Shown here: positions 53,611 through 64,000 of the stretch, in pieces
How the letters are laid out: each line of letters opens with the position of its first letter
Numbering within the stretch: the first letter of the stretch is position 1
Origin: Chiloscyllium plagiosum
Taxonomy: Eukaryota
Length of the DNA: 64,000 nucleotides
NCBI RefSeq assembly: GCF_004010195.1
Contig: NC_057713.1
Coordinates: forward strand, 41,783,555-41,847,554
Reading direction: 5' to 3'
The notes under the pieces: model-generated
What the model saw: only the letters and a program-made list of their open reading frames with translations
Database searches by the model: none
What the model was told of the DNA's origin: nothing
Made by a program: the position numbers and the translations under genes

Positions 53611-55833
53611 ATGGCTGTGGTCATCCGCTTGCAGGGGCTCCCAGTTTCTGCAGGAACCTTGGATATTCGTCACTTCTTCTCTAGATTAACCATTCCTGAT
53701 GGAGGGGTGCATATAATTGGTGGTGAACTGGGAGAGGCATTCATTGTATTTGCTACGGATGAAGATGCACGGCTTGCTTTGATGAGATCGGGTGAATTTC
53801 TTAAAGGGAGTAGAACAAAACTAACATTAAGTAGCAGAAACGAAATGCAGAGTACAATTGAGATGAGTCGTAAGAGATATGCACGTTCCAGTGGAGAAAC
53901 ATCCAGTTACGGAAGGTCGGGATTCAGCAGTTCTGGCACAGGTGGCTTAGGTAGTATGTCTTCTACGCTAGCTGAAAACTTAGTTGCAGCAATGCAACAT
54001 GAAATTAATAGGGATGCGTTTCATCCTGGTGAAATTGGAAGTTCTGATGTGAACAGCTATGGCTCTCGTATGGATCCTATGATGAGTGGGAATATGGCAA
54101 CAATGGCTTTATCTTCTCCGCAGAACATTCCAGTTGCTCCTAGTTCCTCAATGTCTGCGTTATTTGGAATGACACCTGGAGCAATGAGTGATAGTTTGGA
54201 TAAATTTAATGGCTCTGGGTCAGTGGATCCTTTTGCTGTTTCTGCGTATAATCAAAGGAGAGAACAAGGAGCTTTTCATTCTGATGATGTTTATTTGCAT
54301 CTGCAAGGCATGCCATATTCTGCTGGAGAGCTGCAAGTAAGAGAATTCTTCCACGGTTTACAAGTGGAAGCAGTTCGTCTACAAAAGGATTACCGGGGTA
54401 TGAACAATGGAGAGTGTTTTGTACGGTTTGCCAGTTCTTGGGATGCAGCTGAGGGACTGAAGCGTCACAAAAAATACATGGGGCAAAGATTTGTAGAGGT
54501 GTATCGAGCTACAGAACTAGAATGGATTTCTGGGGGATCTGATTTGTTTATAGATGATAGACATTTGGATTTAAACCGACACAATCGAGGTCGTTCCCCT
54601 CATCGTGAAGATAAACATTTCCATTCTCAAACTCGATCAAGGTCACCTCGAAGACACAGGTCACGATCTTATTCCCCTCAAGATCAAGATTATTGGATGC
54701 AGTTAAAAAATATACCGTATAGTATCTTAAAAAAAGATATACGAAATTTCTTTGATGAACTAAATATCACAGATGACCAGATTTACCTTGTAGAAGATCC
54801 TCATGGTAAAAATACTAATGAATGCTTTGTGAAGTTTAGAAATGATTCTGAGATTCGTAAAGCTTTAAGATACCATAAGACATACATTGCAAACCGTGCA
54901 GTTTATCTGTATCCTGTTGCTAAAAAAGCTGTGATAGAGTTGATGGACGCTGTTAAGAAACAAAGATCAAGAGAAAAATCTGCCTATAGAAATGAAGAAA
55001 AAAGGTACCAGTCAAGAGAAGGAGCACATTCCCCAAGATTGTATATTTATGCTCGTAATCTACCATTTGATATCTCCAAATCTGAGATCCATAAATTCTT
55101 TGAGGGATTTGGTGTGGCTGAACATGGGATCCGAATACTTGTTGATAGTAATGGCATTGGACTAGGGGAGGCTCTAGTCAAGTTCAAGTCTGAAGATGAA
55201 GTACTAAGGGCTGAGCGCTTATATGGTAAAAAGCTTGGAGGAAGAGAAGTTGTACTAAAGGTGGTTACTTCAGAAGAGGTGTTTGAACTTGGTAACGCTT
55301 CTATGCATGAAAGAGCCAAAGGTCAAAAGGAAAGTGACTACTTTGGTTCATATGGTGGTGGTGGTGGTGGTGATCACTCATTATCTCATGATATGCATGA
55401 ATTATCTAAGCCTTTCTTTGAACCTTCTGGTAATTTGGATTCTGTATCCTCCATGCAAGGACCAATGTATGGCAGAGAAGAAGGAACTTATGGAGGGTTT
55501 AACACTGGAAACAGCAATTTTGATGACTTTAGTGGAGGGGGATTAGGATCGCGATTTGATTCAGGCTACCGAGGTCGTACTGGAGTTGCCAGTGGCATGG
55601 CTGTTGTGAAGGCTTTCAACCTGCCTTTCAAAATTTCAGTTGATGAAATACTGGACTTCTTCTATGGCTATCGTGTTATTCAAGAGTCTGTCATTGTACG
55701 GTACAATAAGAGGGGGTTTCCTGCAGGCGACGCAATAATTACATTTGAAACAGTTGATGAAGCAATGGCTGCTGTTCGTGAACTGAATGATAAACCAATT
55801 GGAAAAAGAAATGTCAAACTAAGTTTGCTCTAA
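53611..55833 (+). CDS. RBM12B: RNA-binding protein 12B (multi-RRM), single coding exon, 740 aa
   Basis: Starts MAVVIRLQGLP..DIRHFFS.LTIPDGGVHIIGGELGEAFIVFATDEDAR (RBM12-family N-terminus). Five RRM-like segments, an RSRSP tract, and C-terminal NLPFK..EILDFFYGY..AMAAVRELNDKPIGKRNVKL. Position next to TMEM67 matches RBM12B synteny. True ATG is at 53611; acceptor AG is at 53581-53582. Confidence 0.93.
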   Translation: MAVVIRLQGLPVSAGTLDIRHFFSRLTIPDGGVHIIGGELGEAFIVFATDEDARLALMRSGEFLKGSRTKLTLSSRNEMQSTIEMSRKRYARSSGETSSYGRSGFSSSGTGGLGSMSSTLAENLVAAMQHEINRDAFHPGEIGSSDVNSYGSRMDPMMSGNMATMALSSPQNIPVAPSSSMSALFGMTPGAMSDSLDKFNGSGSVDPFAVSAYNQRREQGAFHSDDVYLHLQGMPYSAGELQVREFFHGLQVEAVRLQKDYRGMNNGECFVRFASSWDAAEGLKRHKKYMGQRFVEVYRATELEWISGGSDLFIDDRHLDLNRHNRGRSPHREDKHFHSQTRSRSPRRHRSRSYSPQDQDYWMQLKNIPYSILKKDIRNFFDELNITDDQIYLVEDPHGKNTNECFVKFRNDSEIRKALRYHKTYIANRAVYLYPVAKKAVIELMDAVKKQRSREKSAYRNEEKRYQSREGAHSPRLYIYARNLPFDISKSEIHKFFEGFGVAEHGIRILVDSNGIGLGEALVKFKSEDEVLRAERLYGKKLGGREVVLKVVTSEEVFELGNASMHERAKGQKESDYFGSYGGGGGGDHSLSHDMHELSKPFFEPSGNLDSVSSMQGPMYGREEGTYGGFNTGNSNFDDFSGGGLGSRFDSGYRGRTGVASGMAVVKAFNLPFKISVDEILDFFYGYRVIQESVIVRYNKRGFPAGDAIITFETVDEAMAAVRELNDKPIGKRNVKLSLL

Positions 55834-55929
55834 GTACAGTGGAACCTATGCTGTTGTTTTAAACAAACAAATTTTAGATGCTCTGAAGTAAAAGTTAGTT
55901 GCTGTCTGACTACTGGTTCCACCAAATGG

Positions 55930-57570
55930 AATAAATAAATAAATTGAGTTGTTGTCTTTTGTGATTTTCAGGCAAACATCACTCCTGTTGAAATTTTTTT
56001 CATTTATGTTGCCAGAAAATAGTTGGTTCTAGTTTACTGCTTTGGGATATATTACATTCTGTCTTGACTCAATTGATATAGTTTACAAGAATACATTCTA
56101 ATTTTGTTCAGTGTCTTGATTTTGATAGGGTTTGAAAGTTAAGAGCTGTTGCTGTCTAGATGGTTTGGAAGTAAACTTGAATAGTTGAACTTCAGCATGA
56201 AGAAGTTCTGAATTGCTTTTATTTTTCACTGTAAAAGGATGATTGAATGAAACATTTTAAATGGCTCAACATCCTGTATAATAATTGTGTAACTTTGTTA
56301 ACGGTGATTTTTTTTTCCCACTTACCCGAATTCTATTTGAGGCAAGTTATGGACATGGGATAACTTAGTCTATGTTTTGGACATAGTGATATGCACATTT
56401 AAAATAAGCAAAAAATAGGCTTAAAAGTGCATCATTGTTTCAAAAAATAAAACCAATCCCAGGTCTGTAGGTTGAAGAAGTATTAGACCAGAGAATAAAA
56501 TTACTAATATAATTTTTAATTTTGATGTTATTTGTCCCTTCTGTAAGTGTCAACTGAAGAAACATTTTCTTAGAAGGTTATTAAACATTTCTAAATAAGC
56601 TACAACCTACCTGATGCTTTAACAGTGAATGTTTATTTCTGTCTTGTCAACTGAGGCTATTCATTTACAGAAAGATTTTCCTTATCCAATTGTGACTTAA
56701 TTCCATCTGTTAAAAACATAGGAAGTTATTTACAGATCTCCATTTTAAAGTTTGACAGTGCAATACCATAAAAATTTCAATGCATATATGGTCCAAGTAT
56801 TCATTCTCTTTAAATGTACAGGATTTGACCAATTCAGTCCTTGTCAGAATGATACTAAGAATTTATTTTTTGCATTTGTAGGCGTGTTAACTTTTAATTA
56901 AAAAAAATTAAATATATTTTGCATTTGTGTTTACTGGAAAACCAACATTGTGTATTGCTTGATGGTTAAGATGTTTAAGCAGTAAGCATTTTTCTTTGTA
57001 ATAGAAAATGGTTTGTCATGTATGAAAATGTACTTAAAAGTCATTTTTAAAAAGTTGTGAAGATGTGACTAACAGCGTTTTTTTTTCTGCAATTTTATTT
57101 TGTATCATAGTTGTCCTGAAATAGCACATGTTAACAGTTCTCTATTTTCTGGTAGAGTTGGGGGAATATGTAGCATTCCTGAAATTCTAAAGAACAAAAC
57201 CAGTAATGAGTTTTAAAAAAAAAATCTCCAACCAATCTACTTTATAGATGTGAAATTACCGAACAGCTATATGTCCTAAATAGATTCTGTTTAATTTATG
57301 CAGCACAGCACTAATAGTTACATTTTCGAATGGTTTAAAAGATATAACTAATGCAGGTAAAAATTAATCTTTTGTGATTTATAATCCTTTGATCATTATC
57401 AACCTATGTCAGGGAACCAATTGTGGGTTCAAATGCTGGGAAGAATGTTTAAATATAGGTTAGTTGAATTAAAATATGTGTACACTTTAAAATTATGGTT
57501 TATCTTGTCAGATAATGCCAGAATAATCAATAGTGCTTAGTCATATTTTTTAACATATATTAAAATAAAA
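55930..57570 (+). terminator. Candidate polyadenylation signals in the AT-rich RBM12B 3' UTR
   Basis: AATAAA at ~55930 (tandem), ~56446, ~56494 and ~57563, in a TE-free stretch. The site actually used is unknown. Confidence 0.4.
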
Positions 57571-59619
57571 ACAATCCCATTATTTTAGTATGCATCAATA
57601 TGCTTGGAAAGCAGAGCAATAATGAGTTTGACAAAAACATTTGAGATAAAAATGACATTTTTTTTTCCTTCTAAGAGCTTTTTTTACTCTAAGCTTGGAA
57701 ATCTTTTCAATGATTCTTTGGGATGTGGTGATGCTGGCAAATCTGACATTTTAATTGCTCATCCTTTGTTTCCTTTGACATGAGAGTGATGGGCTGCCTT
57801 TCTAAGATGCTGCAGTAATTTATACTCCATAGAGTTCCATTTGCTTACACAGTAATGGAAATAATGTAATGTCACATCCAAGGTAATGTTACTTCTGACA
57901 GGAACAACTTAATTCTAAGTGGTGAAAATGATTGGCTTTTGATGCTGTTGTTCACAAAACCTTGGCAATATACTGTTATGTGGATTTGACACTATTGGCT
58001 TAAGTATTTGTTTGAGCTCATGAATGAGTATTGATCAAACATACTATATTTCTCCAGATTAGTATCTGTGGTGCGGTTGCAGCTGTGTCCATCCATGCAG
58101 GGGGAAAGTGTTCTCATTCCTGGCTTCTGCCAAGTAGATGGTGGAGAAGCTTTGGATAAATGTAATATGAGTCACACACATGGGATATTGATCCACTGAC
58201 CTGTTACATAACTTTTGTTTGACTGTCCCCATTGAGTCTGAGGTCAATGATAACCCTAAGATGGTAGAAAACTCTCGTAATATCCAATTTTGACAAGAGA
58301 TTATTAGATTTTCTTGTTAGTAATGCCCTTTGCCTGGCACTTTGTTCATGTAACTAGCGTACTATTTATCATGCTTAAATCTTGAGTTGTCATGGGAATC
58401 CTGCATAGTGGTTCATTATCATTATCTGAAATGAACTCAGAACCTGCAATTGCTAGAAAAATCCTTACTTAAGTTTGAGGGAATGTGGAGAGGAACCAGG
58501 TATTTGGGCTTGAGTCACTCGAATTGAGCCACTCCTGGAACTAGCATTATTTGGCCTCCCAATAATAATCTTTTCTTTGTGTTCGTTAGGACTCCAGTTA
58601 TTGGAGATGTCTCCTTGATATCATGCTTAGTGACGGGTAGTCACTCTGATGTTGCTTCTGTAATTCAACTCTAGCTTCCATATTTTTACCAAAGTTGATA
58701 TTAAGCCTGGAGTCAAGTAGTGATGATGGATCCAAATGGGGATCATTGAGGAAATTGTTGTTTAATAGTTGAAAGTACTTTTGTTGCTTTCCATGGCTTT
58801 GATTATTGAGAATGTGCTCTGGATTGGTCTTCATTTTATATATAGTGAATACCTGGGCAATTATCTGTTTACCAGGTAAACACCTGTGTTGTCAAAGGTT
58901 GGAACAATTGGGCAGGAGTGTGCCTGTTTTTCAAGCCAGTTCTTGAGTGGTAACTGTGATGTTGTCCAAGCTTTTGTTTTGTTGTTTACACTCCTCCAAT
59001 TCTGGTGTGTATTGAATTGTTTGAAGATGGTAACTGCAAAGTGGAGATCTGAGTTGGAATCTAACAAAGCATCATCTACTCCACAAATCTGCTGATGATG
59101 GTTGAACATTTTTGAATTTGGTTGCTGGACATTTCTGTGGTTGTCATTGTTGGGCTCTTCATTACATTAATCATTTAACTTTCTGTACTGTTACTTGACT
59201 AAACGTGGCTGGGTTGTAGGGCTTTAATCAGTTGATTGTGGCATTGCTTATCTGTCGTTGATCTTGTTTTAACATGTTAAAAGCTTTGCCAGGATGACAT
59301 TGCCTTTTCCAGATAAATTTGGTGCTGCCCTCCTACAGTCCTCATTCATTGAACCCACTGCCTTTTAAAGTGCAGTAAGGATGAAAAAACAGATGCCAGG
59401 CAATGGAATTTTGTCACACCAGCAATTTAACAACTTCAATCTTTGTGATTTTAATGTGAAAAGTATAATTATTTTTATAAAATTGGTAAAAGTTAAAATT
59501 TAGTAAATTATGCTGCATTTTACATTTTAATTTTACATTTACATTTTACATTTTAATTTACTTCTTAGAAATAATTCGTGTTAATGTTTTTCTTTACCAT
59601 AATAAATTGATTATTTAGA

Positions 59620-62570
59620 AACTAGGAGCAAAAGTAGGCCATTAGGTTCTATCATTTCTCTGCCATGCTATGTCCCTGATGCTTTTAAAATATTTTTTAA
59701 AAATTATTCTCTTTTTCTTGGATATATTCAGTGACTTTGGCTTCTGAAACGTTTTATGGTAGAGAATTACATGTTTGCTACCCTTTTAGAGTGAATTTGT
59801 TTTTTCATTTCAGCCAAAATTGGCCTACCCCTTATCCTAAGGTTGTGTTCCCTGATCCTAGACACCCCAACCAAGGAAAACAACCTTCCTACATCTAGAC
59901 TCTCCTATTACAATTTATATTTTTTTGTTCGATCCCCTGTCATCCGTGTACATTTCAGTGAATACAAATCAAGCCAAACCAGTACTGCCATTCTTAGTCA
60001 TAATTTGGACATACCGGTGTTGGACTGGGGTGTACAAAGTTAAAAGTCACACAACACCAGGTTATAATCAACAAGGTAAAAACAATGACTGCAGATGCTG
60101 GAAACCAGATTCTGGATCAATGGTGCTGGAAGAGCACAGCACCAACACCAGATTATAGTCCAGCAGGTTTAATTGGAAGTATTAGCTTTCGGAGCACCAC
60201 TCCTTCATCAGGTGGTTGTACTCCAAAGCTAGTGCTTCCAATTAAACCTGTTGGGCCATTCTTAGAAGTCTCATGAATGTCCACTGCACTCATCCTATGG
60301 CAAGTATATCCTTTCTTGGGTATCAAGACCAAAACTGCATGCAATACTCCAGATATGGTCTCATTAAAGCTCAAAATAACTTCAGTAATACATTCCTACT
60401 TATGAACTCAAATCCTTTTTGCAATGAATACCAATGTACCATTTGCTTTTTGCACCTGCCTGTCTATTTTCATTGACTGAGTGTACAAAGACACACACAT
60501 CCCTTTTATACATCCTCATTTCTCAATATACCACAATCTAAATAATACTCTCCTCTGTTTTCCGTAACTTCACATTTAGCCATGTTGTCCTATATCTGCC
60601 ATGTATTTGCTCACTCATAATTTGTCTAAATCGTGAAGCCTCCTTGTATCTGGATGTCCTTTAAAGTGTCATCCAGATTTGTTTTGTCAAACTTGGGAAT
60701 GTTGTATTGGTTCTCTCAACCAGGTCACTTCTATAAGATCTTAAAAAAAAGGCTGTTTGACCCCTTGACACTGCTTCATCGTTCAGTTGGATTGTGGCTG
60801 ATCTGTTCAGTTTTTATGTCCACTTTTCCCTGAAACCCTTGTTTCTCCTACTGATAAAGAATCTATCTGAGCCTTAAATATACAAAAGCACTTTCTCAAC
60901 AGATGTCTCTGGCAAGGGATTACAAAGAGACTCTGAGAGAAGTTCTTCCTCATTTAAATCTTAAATTGGCACCCTTTTATTTTGATACCTCCCATGAAAG
61001 GAACTCTTTTAAGCATTTACCCTGTCAAGCCACGTAAGCACTCTGTATGTTTCAATTAGATCATCTCTGATTTTTATAAACTCGAGTGTCGAGCCACAAA
61101 ACTATCCCTCTATATTAGGAATTCTCTTCGTGAACATGCTTTGAATTACATGTGATGACAATTTTTTTTTTTCTGAAATAAGGGGACCAAAACTCATCAC
61201 AGTATTCCAGATATAGACAGTTTGGAAAGTTATCTAAGATTACAAAGGGATCTTGATCAATTGGACAAATGGGTCGAGAATTGGCAAATAGTGTTTAGTT
61301 TAGATGAAAGCAAGCTGTTGCGTTTCAGTAAAACTTACAGGGGCAAGACGTACACAGTTCATGGTAGGGTCCTGGGAAGTGTTGTCAAATGGAGACATCT
61401 AGATGTTCAGGTACATTGTTCATTGAAAGTAGCATCACAGGCAGATAGTGATAAAGATGTTTGGCAGGCTTGCCTTCATTGCTCAGAGCATTGAGTCAAG
61501 AAGTTGGGACATTGTATTGAGGTTTACAGGACATCGGAGAGACCAATTTTGAAGTACTGTACAGTTCTGGTCACCATACTATAAGAAGGATATTATTAAA
61601 TTGGAGAGGTTACAGAAAAAAATTTACAACGATGTTACCAGGACTGGAAGGTTTGAGTAATAAAAGGCTGGATAGGCAGGGGCATCACTGGTTGAGGCGT
61701 GATCTTATAGAGGTTTATAAGTTAAGAGGAGCATAGATAAGGTGAGTAGCAAAGGTCTTTTCTCTAGGGTAGGGGATTTCAGAACTAAAGTGTGTAATTT
61801 TAAGGAGAGGAGAAAGATTTAAAAGACTTTTATCCTAGATGGTTAGTGTCGAAGGAGCCTTTGGAGAATTTCTGCAGTGCACCTTGTAGATGCTACTGAC
61901 TAGTGGTGATGGTGGAAGGAGTGAATGTTTGTGGATTGAGTGCCATTGAAGCAGGCTATCATGTTCTTGATGATGTCAAGTTTCTTAAATGTTGGAGTTA
62001 GCTATCAGGGCAAGTTCCAGGTATTTCTTCATACTTGATCTATACCTTGTAGGTGGTGTATAGGCTTTGGGAAGTCAGGAGCTGTGTTATTTATTTCAAG
62101 TTTCCTAGCCTGTGACCTGCTCCTGTAGCTACAGTATCAATGTGACTAGTATAGTTCAGTTTCTAGTCAGTTAATCCCTAGGATATTGATTAATGAGGTA
62201 TTTAGTGATGGAAATGTCTTTGAATGTCATGGGAAGATTATCATGATTTGTTATTTCTACATCTTGAATGTTACTTGCCACTTTGTCAGTCCAAACCTGG
62301 ATATTGTTCAGATCTTCTAGCATTTGGGCATGATTTGCTTAAGCATTTGAGGACTCTCAAATGGTTCTAAATATTGTGCAGTCATCAGTGAGCATCCCTA
62401 TTTCTGGCCTAATGATGGAGAGAAGATCATTGATGAAGAAGGTGAAGATGATTGGGCCACAGACCCTGAGGAGCTCCTGCAGAAAGATCCTGGAGTTGAG
62501 GTGACAGTCCTTCAACAACCACGACTATCTTCCTTTTTGCCAGGTATGACTTCTCTTAATGGAGACTTTG
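59620..62570. mobile_element. Cluster of decayed LINEs: CR1 minus (~59620-61215), CR1 plus (~61215-61830), L2/CR1-group minus (~61830-62570)
   Basis: LQRDLDQL..W..WQ motif and similarity to other CR1 copies in the window. Confidence 0.7.
60015..60255 (-). mobile_element. Short composite PLE-like repeat with a hammerhead motif (third family, 60180-60214)
   Basis: Minus strand CAC-CTGATGA-A-GGAG-TGGTG-CTCC-GAA-AGCT-A-ATA. The adjacent inverted copy has AAAGCTAGTG, which restores stem I. Confidence 0.7.
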
Positions 62571-64000
62571 CCCCCAATTTTGGCCCAAATTATTCAAATT
62601 TAAACATTTTCAGATTTATTTCTAGCTAAATGTGGGGAAAGAATTTAAATGTTCTTATGTATGACGATATGGATTTTCAATTTTTGTTATACTGGGCTTG
62701 AGCAGATACCGGGAAAAAAGGTAAATTTCTCCACCAACTGGAGGGATTTGCACACTTTGGTGAGATGATTGAATTCATTTCATGAATCTTCATATATAAA
62801 TGGGATTAGTTGTCCTTTTTCTTTCGTGCAGTCAGCTGCTGGTATCTCCTTTTTAATAGTCTTGAGGAAATCTTTGAATCTGTGCACACTTTTACAGAAT
62901 AGCACCTGAATGATGCAGAGTAATTTCATAAATGGTGAGATATAAAGAATGAAGATAGTTGTTGGGAGTACTTAATCATAGGGTAAATATTGAATAAAAC
63001 TAGAGGTCTATGCACAGTTGGGAGCTGTTACAGATATTGGTTTGGACTTAAGTTTATGATCTATATTCAGGAGGTTATTTTCATCTGCCTTGTAATCTAT
63101 TTGGTTAGATATATTCTGTAAAGATGCAATGAATCCATTGAACCAGCTCAGCAGGAGTTCCAAATCTAGTTGGATTGCATATCATGATTTGTGCAGTAGC
63201 ACCCATGTCATCGAGGGGGTCTCATCAATTAGCCTTCCCTATCACTGTGGACAAGATAAATGTCCATGTTATTTGGGTGAGACAAATACAAAAATATTGG
63301 CGATCTAATCAGTAATAGAGTTGAGGGTTATGGGAAGCAAGCAAGAAAGTGACAAGAGACTAAGGTAAGATCAGTGATGATCTTGTTGAATGACAAAGCA
63401 GGTTCAAAGGTGCTGAATGGCCCATTGATCCTATTTCTTTGTTCATGCGTTGTAGTTCTTTTTGATGTAGTTACATAAAGTACATGTAACTTTGTACAGT
63501 CTAAATTCACACACAGAATCACCATTTTTCCTCATTGTTGGTGCACTTTACACTAAGGTGGACTTGATACGCAGTTTGTTTTCAAATTCTAATTATATAC
63601 TTGATTTCAGAGGACAAGTTGAATTATTTTAACAGGTGACCTTATATGAAGCAGTATGCAACTTAGAAATGCTGGTGCTCTGAGCTGTGAACCAAATACT
63701 CATGGTGGGAATCAACATACTGAAAGAACCAAATTTACTGTGTGATCCCATTTAATTTTTAAAAGGCAAAGTTTTATCTATTTTGTAACTTCAGTAATAA
63801 AGCTTAAATTAATATGAATTAACAGATAAACTACAGTATAAATAACATTGAATCAGAGATACAATAAATAAATATCTTATTTGCTAGAGAGTATACTTAG
63901 TGTGTATATTGTATTCATTTCAGTAACACATTCCTTCAGATTTCTGATCTTCCAATCTTTCTCTTCAAGTATTTAGTTACCGATTCTCCTCAAATAAGAG

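Noticed and set aside
62780-62905. Possible minus-strand terminal exon (ttcag|GTGCTATTC..) of a convergent neighbour such as CIBAR1
   Set aside because: The short frames show no recognisable similarity to CIBAR1 or other proteins I know.

Overview
Vertebrate genomic DNA, most likely a cartilaginous fish (inferred from an HE1/V-SINE and shark-type CR1 LINEs). Two host genes lie head-to-head around a CpG island at ~49.9-50.8 kb. TMEM67 (meckelin) coding exons 1-6 are on the minus strand (50129 down to 5148; the gene continues past the left edge). The single-coding-exon RBM12B is on the plus strand (53611-55833), with candidate non-coding 5' exons. The TMEM67 introns are packed with nested CR1 and L2-like LINEs, tRNA-SINEs, a TA-flanked MITE, decayed Gypsy LTR elements and Penelope-like elements (PLEs). 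The most notable signal is a set of minimal type-I hammerhead ribozyme motifs (CUGANGA...GAAA-palindromic stem III) in at least three, possibly four, PLE-related repeat families. They show covarying stems, and two copies look intact (20261-20300 minus, 21831-21870 plus). There are two assembly gaps (20756-21484, 46035-46377), both inside PLEs. All identifications were made by eye and from remembered protein families; no database search was run.
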